Part shown: positions 13,013 through 24,900 of the stretch, piece by piece
How the letters are laid out: each line of letters starts with the position of its first letter
Numbering within the stretch: position 1 is the first letter of the stretch
Assembly: GCA_051942205.1 (NCBI GenBank)
Contig: JAVECO010000038.1
Location: 1 to 64,000 of the forward strand
Direction: 5' to 3'
DNA: 64,000 bases
From: Coniocarpon cinnabarinum
Lineage: Eukaryota
Position numbers and translations under genes: made by a program
The notes under the pieces: model-generated
Told to the model about the DNA's origin: nothing
The model's database searches: none
The model's input: only the letters and a program-made list of their open reading frames with translations

Positions 13013-14899
13013 ATGTCTTACCCATTTGAGCTCAACCACCCTGCTCTCACCATCGGATTCTCAGTCCAATTCTTCGTCGTCTATCCCCAGCACTCGCTTT
13101 CTCATCTAAACCGGATCCCGGTGCGCTATACGCCCGAACAGTTTGGTCTCGTATCCTCTCGACCACCTCCGAAACAACCACCAGTAAAGTCAGAAGATTT
13201 TGCCCGCTTTGCGCTCGAACAGGCTTTTCATAAGGTCGGACTTCCATTTGAGAACGCCGCCGAGGCTGCGTTCCATCCTGGATTGCCACCTAATTTTACA
13301 ACGTGGTGCGTCAAACGCGGAACCCATAAGCTAAATCCATCAGAGCGATTCGCGTTCGACCGAGCAGAAGTCGCGACTGGTGTGAACTACTGCGTTGCTG
13401 CGTGCGAGCTTGTCTCTCGCAAGTTTTGCTATCATCATGAGGACTGGCGCGCAGAGATTGCAACAGCGTTCGCCGTGCTTCGCGGGCTTGAAACCCCTAC
13501 GATGGCACTTTTGACCAATGGGTCAACAAGCTTCCATGTCCATATCGGCCTAGGTGGTGAGCACTTTTCATTCGAGTCGATCAAGAATTTGCTCCTGCTG
13601 TCAGCCGCATTTGAACGATCCTTCGACGCATTGCATCCCGCCTCGCGCCAACACCAGCCTCATATTGCTCCTCGCGAGGACTGCAAGGTAAGTTCCGATA
13701 CCTACCCTTTGAACTGGTTTGCCCAGTATAAGAACCCATCCACAAAATCTACTAATAGCCTGAAATCATTCTTGTATGCACTCAACCACTCCACGCCTGA
13801 AGACCTCCGCGCCCTGTTCTGGATCAAACCTGGTAAGCTGCCAGCACATCTCGGACATGACCCCGAGGGCACCCAGCTAATGGCACGAAACAGTCGAATT
13901 GACATCACTCGAGTTCCCTGTGTCTTCTCGGCGGAGCATCGTCTCGACCGCAAAATCGGCGAAATCCAGCACGACTTTTGTACAGGTAAGGAGACAGTTG
14001 AGTTTCGCCAACACGCAGCGACGCTTCAATACAAAGAGGTCGCTGCATGGCTTGAGGTCTGCGCGCGAGTCGTCTCAGTATGTGCGAAGGACGATCCAAG
14101 TACGAACGATTTCATCCGTCGTCTTATAGCTAAAGATCTAAGCAATGGTCATTTCACGATCCTGGACCTCCTCGCATCTCTCGCTACAGATAACATAACT
14201 CGACAACATTACCAAGAGCAGCTAGCCCGCTCTGACAGCGAGGTCATCTACCTCGAACGGCTGCAGCTTGCGTCATGGATCTCAAACAATTCCCCTCTTG
14301 CTCCACTCGTTCGGCGCACGATTGTGAACAGACTGCAAGATAGCCTTCCTAGTGTGAAGCAGATTAGCGGCGTCGAGCGAAAAGAGGAGCTGGGACACTA
14401 TGGCATCGGCATGGACGACGTCGCTGAATTTCCTTACGAAAAGTGTCTTGGTATGCCACCCGACGTCGGCAAACATATTCCTGGGCCAGGCCGCCAAGAC
14501 GACGAGTCGGCTGTAGACAACGATCATGAGATGATTGAGTATGAGGACGAGGACGAAGAAGATGATGACGAGGAGGATGAGGAAGACGAAGATGAGGAAG
14601 TGTTTCAAACGGCAGTAGGCGGTAGCCCCGCGCTCGACGAGCAACAAGCCACATTGGGCCAGCAGTGGGAACAAAGCCGCGAGATGAACCAACAGATTCC
14701 GGCGATGGCGCTGCAGCTGTGCCCCGGAAGCAATGCTCAGTACGAGGCGTGGCTCGTCGCGTGCTGTGAAGAGCGCGCGCGCCAGGAGCGACATGCTGAG
14801 CGTGTTTGGCATTGGATGGATGCGATGGATGAGGTGGAATCAATGTTTACGGCGGGAGTGCGCGACTATGAGGATTCTGAGGTACCGATCGATGCTTAG
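13013..14899 (+). CDS. Putative amidoligase (COOH-NH2 ligase, Amidoligase_2-like) with acidic C-terminal tract
   Basis: Intronless ~628 aa from ATG 13013. Motifs ACELVSR, TNGSTSFHVHIG, FERSFDALHP and ETVEFRQHAATL resemble the fungal amidoligase family; poly-D/E tract near 14540-14600. Confidence 0.8.
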   Translation: MSYPFELNHPALTIGFSVQFFVVYPQHSLSHLNRIPVRYTPEQFGLVSSRPPPKQPPVKSEDFARFALEQAFHKVGLPFENAAEAAFHPGLPPNFTTWCVKRGTHKLNPSERFAFDRAEVATGVNYCVAACELVSRKFCYHHEDWRAEIATAFAVLRGLETPTMALLTNGSTSFHVHIGLGGEHFSFESIKNLLLLSAAFERSFDALHPASRQHQPHIAPREDCKVSSDTYPLNWFAQYKNPSTKSTNSLKSFLYALNHSTPEDLRALFWIKPGKLPAHLGHDPEGTQLMARNSRIDITRVPCVFSAEHRLDRKIGEIQHDFCTGKETVEFRQHAATLQYKEVAAWLEVCARVVSVCAKDDPSTNDFIRRLIAKDLSNGHFTILDLLASLATDNITRQHYQEQLARSDSEVIYLERLQLASWISNNSPLAPLVRRTIVNRLQDSLPSVKQISGVERKEELGHYGIGMDDVAEFPYEKCLGMPPDVGKHIPGPGRQDDESAVDNDHEMIEYEDEDEEDDDEEDEEDEDEEVFQTAVGGSPALDEQQATLGQQWEQSREMNQQIPAMALQLCPGSNAQYEAWLVACCEERARQERHAERVWHWMDAMDEVESMFTAGVRDYEDSEVPIDA

Positions 14900-15600
14900 A
14901 TAGTAGCGTCAGGTTCTTATGTGTAGTGAGGATGTGATTTTGAAAATGACATCTGGAAATTTTTCTAAGAAATGGGTGGTGGTGAAGTGTGACTTTTGCT
15001 GTTGTACGGCATTGCTTTCCTATGATAAAACCGGTCTGCGGATTGAACACTTCTTTGTTTTGAAATGCAGTCGTTCAAAGCTTTGTGTCACACTTTCTTT
15101 GGAGCGTGATCATGCATTGCTGACTAGGAGCTACTCGCAGCATTCATTTGAATGGAATATTGAGATGTACGTCTCTGCAACAGGGAATCACACACACCCT
15201 TCTTGTGGTGGCCAATGAAGAGTACACACCGACCCGAAAGCTGCTCTAGGCAAACGCTGCTCTGCTATGTTGGCGAAGTCGTCTGTAATTGATATCGAAG
15301 TCCGTGCGTCAAGTACGGTAAAGCTTAGCAGGCAAGAAGCGTTCGATTGAAACATGGAAAGCTGCTCAGTAGGTGATGCGAACAATGCGAGCGCATCAGT
15401 CCAAAAATGAGAGGCTGATGGTATCTGACCTGACAGGTCCCGCTTGTTCTACACCTGCCGCTTATATTACAACGAAGTATATCTCACCCATACCACGAAG
15501 GGCCTTTCTTAAGCTTGACATGGGCCTCTAGAACTCTGGAACAGCAGCCTTACCACCCCTTAGCAGCTCTTGCCATTGCCATGTTATAACCTTGATCCTT

Positions 15601-16887
15601 TTAGCCCTGGAAAATCCTACGCTTCGTAGCGTGCGGCAGGCCCCATGGGCTGGTGCGCTTCAGCGAAGACGCTGACTTTGGTGTCGTGTCAGCGCTATTA
15701 TGCTGCTCCGTCAGCCGCCCATGCTGCTCACCATCATCGCCTTCAACCCGCTTAGATGGAGTATAGCTAGCTTGATTGAGAGCATGGGAGGTATGCGGAC
15801 GATCTTCGGAACCTTCACCCACAAACATGCCATCGCTACCCTGACGTTGCGCCCTCTGGTCTCCCTCATCTTCGCCAACACCACGCTCATCGCTGCCCGT
15901 GCCATTCATGTCCCCATCATCAGTGACTTCAGCCGGCTGAGCCGGAGCGTTGTCGTGGTCGAGAGTCTCATGCTCACTCAGAGCTCGTGCGTAGGTGTCC
16001 TCTTCCTGGTGAATCTGCAAAGCGGGGAACTCGCCTTCGCGCGTATCACGCATATACTGCTGTTCGACGTGCTTCCACCCCTTCTGCAGCAAGTCTATCA
16101 TGTCGTTGAACTCCTTCTCAAGCCTAGCCTTCCCGCGCTCGTCCGCCGGATCGCAAGCGTCATATTTCTCCGAGTGAGCGCAGAGGTCTCTGAGACGGGA
16201 GATGACGAGGTTGTGCATGCGGGAGCCAAGATTGTTGAGTTCATTTAGACGGGCTGCGGTGGGGGCGAGACTGGCCTGGGATGACGAAGCTTTAGCATGA
16301 GAACGGTGTAAAGACAGCATTGATTAATACCTCAGCGGCAACTTTGTCTACTTTCGCGGCATCGACAGTGGTTTGCTGCTTAGCAAGTTTCTCGGTGAGA
16401 AGAGACATCTCTTTCTTCATCTTGGTGCGCGAAGCTAATGCATAGTTGAACTGATTTGACTTCTCATCTCTGTCTTCCTTCAAACGAGCGATCTGACGCT
16501 CCAAGTCACTTCATTGGGGGTTAGCAGACTCGCGAAGAAAACCGCGGTAAACGTACGCTCAGACACAATGCAGGGGTGGCATGTAAGGGAATGTGCATAC
16601 CGGACTTTAGCCTCATGGGCTTCAGGCATGCGCTTAGCCTCCGCCAGCTGCTTCTTCAAGCTCACCCACAGGCTTTCTACCAAGTCGTTGACATCTTCTG
16701 CTGTGCGTGTTGCAACATCACGCTGCTTGTCAAATTGGGCGATGATCTGGTCTAAGAGGTCTGCAGATGTCTCGGCCTGCGCACGCGCAGGATCTTGGAT
16801 TGGAGGGCGCGTCATAGGTGCATCAGAATCTACTCCTCCCAGAGGGCGGATGCCAGCTTGAGTAGATTCGCGACCGCGGCCCGGCAT
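15601..16887 (-). CDS. Hypothetical coiled-coil protein (~379 aa, 3 exons)
   Basis: Introns 16600-16509 (GTATGC..GCTAAC..AAG) and 16330-16276 (GTATTA..CAG) join three ORFs in frame. Heptad-like E/K/L/Q-rich segments, a disordered acidic tail and a terminal KRR NLS-like motif. Confidence 0.7.
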
Positions 16888-17627
16888 CTTTGCTGGATAT
16901 GCAAGCGGTAGTCAAGGACTGTAAGCAGTTGGAGAGGATGTGCAGAGGCTAAGGAAAGGTCGTGAACTAGAGGAGGCAGCGAGAGGTAATTTTAAATGGG
17001 AGATGAAGCGTGAGGTGGCAACTCGCGTAAGCACGCGTTTGGAGATAACAGCATCTGGTTGCCGAGAACAGTATGCGCTTTGAGCTTTCACATGCTTGAG
17101 TAGTGACTGGAAAGGTGTTCACCTCACGTCAGTGCCCTTTGATCTCAGGGACATCAATGTACTTTGCAATAGCATGACAGGCTTTTAAAAGTCGTCGCTA
17201 CGCTATCAGCTGCAATCGCAGCCGCAGTGTCGCTTCTTGGGTCTGTCTACATACCAATTTTGCTATTCTTATCCAGCTGCAGGTGTCTTGAAGCTTTGCC
17301 TTGCTTGTGGATGCCACAGCCTGGTATGTTCAATTTTGTCATGATCTAAATATGCCTTAGCAGTACCGACGTTCGCGTCTGAACGCGTTACACGACTCAT
17401 ATATGTGTTTCCCGATGCCATCGTGTCCATCGAAGTAGTAAGACAGTGTTTAGGAAGAGTCCAAGAAAGGATCAGAGACGCTTGGAACGAGTCGAGCCGA
17501 AACGAAGACAAATTGCCTTTACAGGCATAGCACGATACGCCACCCACACTATTCGCCAGCGGCGCAAGCGAGCTGTACTTTAGAATATCGCTTCATCTTC
17601 TCCAGTGAGTGTTTCTGGAAGCTGAAT

Positions 17628-18206
17628 ATGTTTAACAGGCGCATGGGAAGTACTTTAGGCAGCCACCGCCAGAGTAGCAGTGCTGACATTGGATCTAGCT
17701 TACGAAAGAAGACGAGGCTTCAATCGGCAAGGAGGAAAATGAAGTGCGGCGTGAAGATCAAGAGAAAATCAACCGCTTCAGCAGACTTCATCGAAAGGAG
17801 GCAGGGCTAGAGGAAGGGCTGAAGAGTAAACAAGTAGGGCTCCAAAGTCCTTGCCACGTGACGAAGGCACTGACGTTCCACGCTTAAGAAAGACAAGGAA
17901 GATTTTGAAGAGGTCGCAAATGAGCTGGAGCTCGCAGATGAAGACGAGAAAGTCCCGTACGTTTGCACACGCAGTTTCTCTGAAAAATGACATTCTCACA
18001 CCACCTTGGCAAGGTACAAGATTGGCGACTCGTTTCTGTGGCTTCCAGTGTCAGAAGTTCAAGAGCTCCTCAAAGAATCGATTGATAAGATTGATGAAGA
18101 AGTCGCCCTAGTCGAGAAGCAGCTGAGTGATTCTCGCGATGAGATGGAGCAGCTCAAAGTGGCTCTGTATTCACGGTTTGGTAAGAGTATTAACCTTGAA
18201 AGCTGA
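17628..18206 (+). CDS. GIM3: Prefoldin subunit 4
   Basis: Four exons give MFNRRM|LTKEDEAS..EVRREDQEKINRFSRLH..|KDKEDFEEVANELELADEDEKVP|YKIGDSF..LYSRFGKSINLES. Introns 17646-17698 (unusual donor, see findings), 17834-17888 and 17957-18013. Confidence 0.93.
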
Positions 18207-18796
18207 AGAGGCATACCCACTGGCACAAAACTCGAGCTTGAGCTTCAGCTTTCCAACACGAACGCAGGCTCTTGTGCAGCGTCAAAGTCACCATTCATGA
18301 AGCGTTTCCAACCAGCTCGTAGCGACATGGAAATGTGTCGCAATCCTTACGCCATTTAGTGATTGACGCTGGCATTTGCGGAGAGCGTGGCACGTGGTAA
18401 GCAAGAAACCACCATCCCGGGCAGCACTAAGTAGCCTCCGTGCCAGAAACTGACAATCTCCTAGTCCCTTACAGGACCTTCAGTTGCATTCAAAGCTTGT
18501 GCAAAGCTTGGTAGGCTCATCGGCGCCAAGTTCACCGATGTATTGCCGCAACGCCGTCGTTTGGAGATCGACCTTCCATATCAGTCTTGGCGGGCTACCG
18601 TTCTCCAGACTATGCCCCATACTCCACGCGCCACTGCCGGTAATCGATGGCGTAGGCCGGTCAGACATGAATCGAAGCTGCTTTGGGGATTTAGTTAGGT
18701 CTTCGTTCTTCTCTTTAATATTTTCTCTGGACTTCAGAAAAACCACGTACATCTGCATTCCTGCACTGCCGGTCCCCTGAGAGGCTGGTCTTCAGT

Positions 18797-20512
18797 ATGG
18801 GTGGTTTCCAGACCTCTGGCCCTCACGGGCCTCGTGGTATTGTCTTGCTCAGCCTTCTAACATCTGTTTGCTCATCCGGTTTCCTCCTTTTCGGATATGA
18901 CCAGGGTGTCATGTCCGGTGTCAACATCAGCACCGACTATCTCGCTCAGATGGATAATCCTTCTGCGTTGATGTTGGGGACTATAACTGCCCTTTACGAC
19001 GTTGGCGCAGCCGTCGGTGCTATTGTTGCAGCCTTTACTGCAGAGCGTCTCGGCCGCAGAAGAACTCTCATCTCGGGTGCTGTGGCACTTATCATAGGCA
19101 GCATCCTGATGGCCGCTTCATATGGCCGTCCGCAATTTATGGTCGGGCGTTTTGCCACTGGCGTTGGAATTGGTTATCTTACCGGTGTGGCGCCTGTATA
19201 CCAAAGCGAGGTTGCCAGAGCCGCACACAGAGGCTGGATGGTCTGCTGTCAGGTCACCACTATGTTGGGTGGGCTCATGGTTGCCTATTGGATTAACTAT
19301 GGCTTTTACTTTGTCAAAAACAGTGCGCAATGGAGGTTCCCTTTGGCTTTTCAGATGGTATTTGCCATCTACATTGTCATCATCACAACCTTCCTACCCG
19401 ACACTCCTCGCTGGTTGATGCGCCACGACAGGCCCGAGAATCCATCCCGTAGTTTAGCGGTATTGGCGCGTTTCAGGAACAGGCCTGAGGATGACAAGAC
19501 TGTTCTGGCCGAGCTGGATGCAATTAAACATGCCATCGGTCTCGAAGCTGCTCAAGAAGGCTCTTGGTCTGATCTGTTCAGGTCAAACGGCATGCAAGCC
19601 AACAAGCGATTCTATTTGGCGTTAGGCATTCAATTCATGCAGCAAATGACTGGTATCAACATTGGTGAGTGCCGTGTCATACTATTTCATGCAGAAGATG
19701 AGAAAATGCTGACATGCTCTCAAGTCACATACTACGCTCCAACCCTGTACCAAGAATCTCTGGGCATGTCGCAAGAAATGTCGCTTTTCCTTGGCTGCTG
19801 GACGCAGGTTTGGTACATACTTGCTTCCTTTGTGACTTGGTATACGATCGACAGAATCGGTCGTCGCAAGCTCTACATCAGCCAGGCCATTGGCATGACC
19901 TGTGTCTTGATCGGAGAGGCCATCTGCGTGAAAGTCAACAACCACGGCGCAAGTATAGGTGCAGTTGTCTTCGTGTTCCTCTTCGAAACCTGCTTCACAT
20001 GGGGATGGATGGCCACAGTATGGGTCTACCCGCCAGAGATACTGCCACTCAAAATTAGAGCCAAAGGAGCCAGCTTGGCTGCCGCTGCGGACTTTCTTGG
20101 AAATTTCCTCGTCGTGGAAGTAACACCTGTTGGTCTACAAAACATCGGCTGGAAGTTCTACCTCGTTTGGGCGGTCCTGAACCTGGTATGCGCTACCATT
20201 GTTTTCTTTTGCTACCCTGAGACTGGCGGACTTCCACTCGAGGCTATTGATGACCTCTTTGTCGAGGACTCGGAATATCAAAACAATGCCACTGGTGTCT
20301 TCAACAGATTTCAGTGGCGCTATGTGGCTAGGTCTAAGAAAGCGGTGCGTGAGTGGAAGAAGGTCTCTTCAGTCGAAGGCGGACGTAGAGAGAGCGTTCA
20401 AGCTACAGGTCTTGAGAAAGAGGTGACCACAGACTCAAGCTCGCAAAGCTCAAGCAGCGACCATGACAAGAAGACAGAGGCAGAGCACAGCGAGTCACAA
20501 AACGAAGTCTAG
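18797..20512 (+). CDS. MFS sugar porter family transporter (STL1-like)
   Basis: Motifs LFGYDQGVMSG, ERLGRRR, PVYQSE, WRFPLAFQ, PDTPRWL, QQMTGIN, DRIGRR and YPET; in-frame 60-nt intron 19665-19724 (GTGAGT..GCTGAC..AAG). Confidence 0.95.
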   Translation: MGGFQTSGPHGPRGIVLLSLLTSVCSSGFLLFGYDQGVMSGVNISTDYLAQMDNPSALMLGTITALYDVGAAVGAIVAAFTAERLGRRRTLISGAVALIIGSILMAASYGRPQFMVGRFATGVGIGYLTGVAPVYQSEVARAAHRGWMVCCQVTTMLGGLMVAYWINYGFYFVKNSAQWRFPLAFQMVFAIYIVIITTFLPDTPRWLMRHDRPENPSRSLAVLARFRNRPEDDKTVLAELDAIKHAIGLEAAQEGSWSDLFRSNGMQANKRFYLALGIQFMQQMTGINIGECRVILFHAEDEKMLTCSQVTYYAPTLYQESLGMSQEMSLFLGCWTQVWYILASFVTWYTIDRIGRRKLYISQAIGMTCVLIGEAICVKVNNHGASIGAVVFVFLFETCFTWGWMATVWVYPPEILPLKIRAKGASLAAAADFLGNFLVVEVTPVGLQNIGWKFYLVWAVLNLVCATIVFFCYPETGGLPLEAIDDLFVEDSEYQNNATGVFNRFQWRYVARSKKAVREWKKVSSVEGGRRESVQATGLEKEVTTDSSSQSSSSDHDKKTEAEHSESQNEV

Positions 20513-20596
20513 ACGTTCGCAGACAACTACAAAATTTACAAAGTCATGTACATTCGTGCACCGCGTATATTCAGCGTCAAAATGGTCACATATATG

Positions 20597-21500
20597 TTAC
20601 AGCTCACTTCTAGCCCAAAGTCTCCCTCCGTCTAGTGCAATTACACTTCCGTTACTGTGACTGCTCGCACGACTGCACAAATACACAACAGTGCCTGCGA
20701 TGTCCTCTGGCTTACCCAATCGCTTGTTAGGTGTCCGCTCCGCCATCTTTTCTATGCCGCCTGAGATCTCAATCAGGCCATTGGCCATCCGACTAGGGAA
20801 AAAGCCGGGCGCAATGGCGTTGAGAATGATATTTTGACCGCCCAAATCCACCGCCAAATGTCGCATCAAATGGATGACGGCAGCCTTGGATGCAGAGTAT
20901 GATGGCGTACTGTTTTCACCTGTGTTGCCAATGCCGAGGCCAGCGACGGACGCAGTGGCAACCACCCGTGATGGCTCATCAGCAGTTGCTCTGGCCTTCA
21001 AAAGCGGTGCGAATCTATACGGAGGTGTTAGCGAAACGCGTGGAGCAGTAGCAAGTTATGGAGTGGACGAACTTCTGCACTGTGAAGAAGACGCTTTTGA
21101 CGTTCAAGTCCATGACCTTACTAAATGCCTTGTCGTCATGCTTGTCGAAAGGTGCGCCCCAAGTCGCGCCAGCGTTCGCAAATAAGATATCCACGTGGTC
21201 TGTACTCTTTTTCACCTCCGCGACTAATCGATCGATCTCAGAAACCCGGCTGCTATCCGCGGGCACCGATATGGCCTGTGAGCCGGATGGCTTGCCAGGT
21301 AGTGCATTGAGTAGCTTGCATGCTTCATCGCATGCCTGCGCCTTGCGTGATGTGATGTAGACCTTGCTGCAACCGGCCTGAAGTAGCCCAGACGCAGCGT
21401 GGAGGCCTAGTCCTCGGGAACCACCGGATACAACCGCGACTTTGCCCGCGAGAGAAAAGATGGAGGAAAAGTCCTTGAGCTCTACTTCATATTGCGCCAT
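20597..21500 (-). CDS. Short-chain dehydrogenase/reductase (RhlG/3-oxoacyl-ACP reductase-like)
   Basis: VSGGSRGLG cofactor motif, NAG, catalytic YSASK, IAPGFFPS; intron 21072-21015 (GTTCGT..GCTAAC..TAG). Confidence 0.93.
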
Positions 21501-21968
21501 CTTCTGGGAGCTATAAACCTATGATACGAGGTCTTTGCGAGGCAGAGCAGGCATTGACAAAACGCAGGAGAAACCAGACGACACAACGAGAGGATGCTTG
21601 ACCGAGGTAAGGTTTTACTGAGACTGACAGGACCGGACCGCGGCTCTCAATGGGTGGCAGCCCGGAGATTACGGAGATTGATCACTCACGAGAGCCTGGT
21701 GCTTGGTAGCTTGGTACGTCGCTCTGGACGGCAGACTTGGTCAGGCAAGTTGAATCACACCTGTAACGGGTCAGAACGGCTTGGCCTCACATTGCCTCTC
21801 CCCAGTGTTCATTCTGTCCAAGATTCACGCATTCTTGTTCTGCGTGCTTCTGGCTTCGGGTTGCGTTGCTCTAAGTGCATGGACTAACAGACACTCACCA
21901 GATCCGCTACTGAGCGTAGCTCAGCTGCTTTGCTCTTCGCCAGCAAAGCAGTCACATAACCAGCAAGT

Positions 21969-24900
21969 ATGTCTGGACTTGAGGATGCCGAGACATCAAG
22001 AGAATATCACAAGGCTCCTCATTCCGTCAAAAAGCACATCCCAACCGTCCAACAGTACCGAGAACTAAAGCGTGAAGAGCGACAAGAGCTTGATCATGAG
22101 GACGGGAAAGGGACGCAGCACGCCCTGGAAAACAATGCTAGACAAGCCCAAGACAACAAAACAAATGGATCCTCATACAAATCGTCGAATATTGAAGAAG
22201 CATCAGGAGATGCAGGACTCGACCAGCACAGGCAGATACAGAGTGACAGCCATAGCAAACAACAGAGTGGAACTGGTGCTGGGGCCCACAGCCCGGAACA
22301 AGATCAGAACACTGTTCAAGACACGTCAGAGACTGCGGGCGTGCAAGGGATATCCGACCCAAAGCAAAAGAGAAAGCAAATTTCAAAAGGCAATGTCGCA
22401 CGTGCAGAGCGTGAAGTCACCGACCCTGTCACTCATAATAGAATTAACATCCACGACTATACCGATCAAGACTTGAAAAAAGTTGAGGAGGAAGGCAGAG
22501 ATGACGATAATGACGGTGTCGACGACGGCAATGAAGAGTCACACACAGGTCAACAGCTTACAAAGGCTAAGAGCAGAACAGACAGTGAGCTTCTCAAAGA
22601 CGATACAGCTCAACGACGTGCACACGATGAGCTTTATAACCGTTTTCCACCTCCCCAATGGAATGAAGTCGAACACGAGTCTGCACGCGTTCAAGATCGC
22701 GCAATGCTATTTCTGCTCTCTTGGTGCGGATTTGCTGTCTGCATCGTGTACTGCACCGAGCTTTTCATCCCTCAGTCGATCCTTACGATTGGAGATCGAG
22801 TCAATGTGGGATATGGCCATGCTATGATCCGTATGATGGCAGTGGCCTCGATTACGCTTGGCTATCTAGGTACACGGAGTTGGTCTCGAAAGAAGCACAA
22901 GACTCTTTACGACGATGCGATCTGGCATGCTCACAACGTCGAGTCACGAAAAGCTTTGCGACAAGGACCTCAAGAGACAACGCTTTGGCTCAGCAAATTA
23001 ATCGGATCTATTTGGCCGCTGGTAAATCCCGATCTTTTCGTATCCATTGGTGACACCCTCGAAGATGTCATGCAGGCCAGTCTTCCTAGCTTTGTTAGGA
23101 TGGTGTCTGTTGAAGATATTGGTCAGGGGAGCGAGCCGCTCAGAATCTTGGGTGTGAAGTGGCTCCCTAAGGGTGCTGCCAGCAGATCTGTCGATAGTAA
23201 CGAAGGGCAAGACAAGACAAGTGCAGGGGACAAGCAAGCTGATGGCGACCACGCACAAGACAACGAAGATACCAAAGCTGATCAAGTCGCCACGCAAGAT
23301 TCTAATGAAGGCATGGGGGCCGAAGAAGGCGAATTTGTCAACATTGAGATAGCCTTCGCCTACCGGGCGAGCCAGTTCCAAAAAGGCCTAAAAGATCGAG
23401 CGAAGAACGCTCATCTCCTGCTGGGCTTCTTCCCCGTCGGCGGTTTGAAGCTACCTGTCTGGGTGGAGCTGCGTGGCGTCGTAGGTGCCTGTCGTGCTCG
23501 ACTACAACTTACACCTGACCCTCCGTTTGTTGCTCTCTGTACGCTGACCTTCCTTGGCCAACCCAAAGTCGAGATGTCGTGTGTTCCACTGTTCAAAAAA
23601 GGCTTGAATCTCATGAACATGCCGTTGCTTTCAAAATTTGTGCAAGGCTCGATTGATGCTGCGCTATCTGAATACGTGGCGCCGAAATCTATACCGCTGG
23701 ATCTTCAAGCAATGCTGGCTGGTGAAGACTTCAAAAAAGATACAACAGCACGAGGTGTCCTCGTTTGTCGCATCAAACGAGCATTCGACTTCAAAGCAAG
23801 CGACGTCAGCATGCCTATCGTAGGTGGAGAGAAGTCCTCTGACCCCTATGTATCCGTTGCTTGGGCGAAATTTGGCAAGCCACTTTGGTCGACGCGCATT
23901 GTAGCTGCTGATATGCATCCGTACTGGGAAGAGACTGCTTATCTTCTGGTAACTCCCGAAGAGCTAGATGCAGAAGAGTCAATCAGAATCCAGCTTTGGG
24001 ATTCAGACAAAAGTTCAGCAGACGATGACTTGGGACGCATCGAGCTGGTCCTAAAGGACCTGATGCGAGACAGCCGGACTAATGGCAAAATGTGTGACAG
24101 AACAGACTCTTTCAAGGCCCTTGAGGCTGGCAAAGGAATGCCTGGGAAACTTGAGTGGAGTGTTGGGTATTTCTCAAAGGTGAGACTCTTAGAGTCTCAG
24201 ATGAAGGCGCAGGTCCAAGATGAGAAGATCAACAGCATTGAAGATCTGAAGGAAGAAGTGTATCAGGGTGCTGAGAAGAAGTTGCGGGAAACGGCCAAGA
24301 ACGAGTCGGCGGAGAGAGAGCAACTAAAGGAGGAAGACTGGGAAGCGAAGCAAATCGATATCATCAGCTCCACCGTGCCGCCTATTGATTATCCTAGTGG
24401 TATTTTATCAATACAAATCCATCAGATCGTGGGCTTGTCCATGGAGAACACCCGCAAGAACAAAAATCCAGAGGAAGAGGAAGTAACTGAGCTGGACGAA
24501 GGCGACAACTTGCCTGACAGTTTCTGCACCATCATCCTCAACGACCAAAAAGTCTTCAGAACTCGCACAAAGCCGAAAAGCGCCGCGCCGTTTTTCAATG
24601 CGGGGACAGAACGCTTTGTGCGTGACTGGCGAAAGACGACGGTCATGGTGTCTGTCCGGGATCAACGCGCACATGAGGACGACGCTTTCCTTGGACACAT
24701 CTACCTGAATGTGGGCGAATTGTTCAATCAGCAAAAGCGGAGCAGAGTCAACTCCTGGCTGCCACTGTCGGGGGGCATAGGCTACGGCCGAATGAGAGTA
24801 TCAATCGTGTTTCGCTCCACCCGCATGCAGATGCCAATGCGTGAGCTTGGTTGGGATTTGGGTGTCGCTGAGATTGCTCCAGAAGCCGAAATTCTTGACA

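Noticed and set aside
14282..14843. Long antisense ORFs over the amidoligase (and similarly over pro1, EAF1 and the Mug190-like gene)
   Set aside because: Shadow ORFs arising from codon bias and low-complexity tracts of the real genes.
20597..20611. SDR C-terminus -SEL as a peroxisomal targeting signal
   Set aside because: An acidic residue at -2 deviates from the S/A-K/R-L consensus; not supportable from sequence alone.
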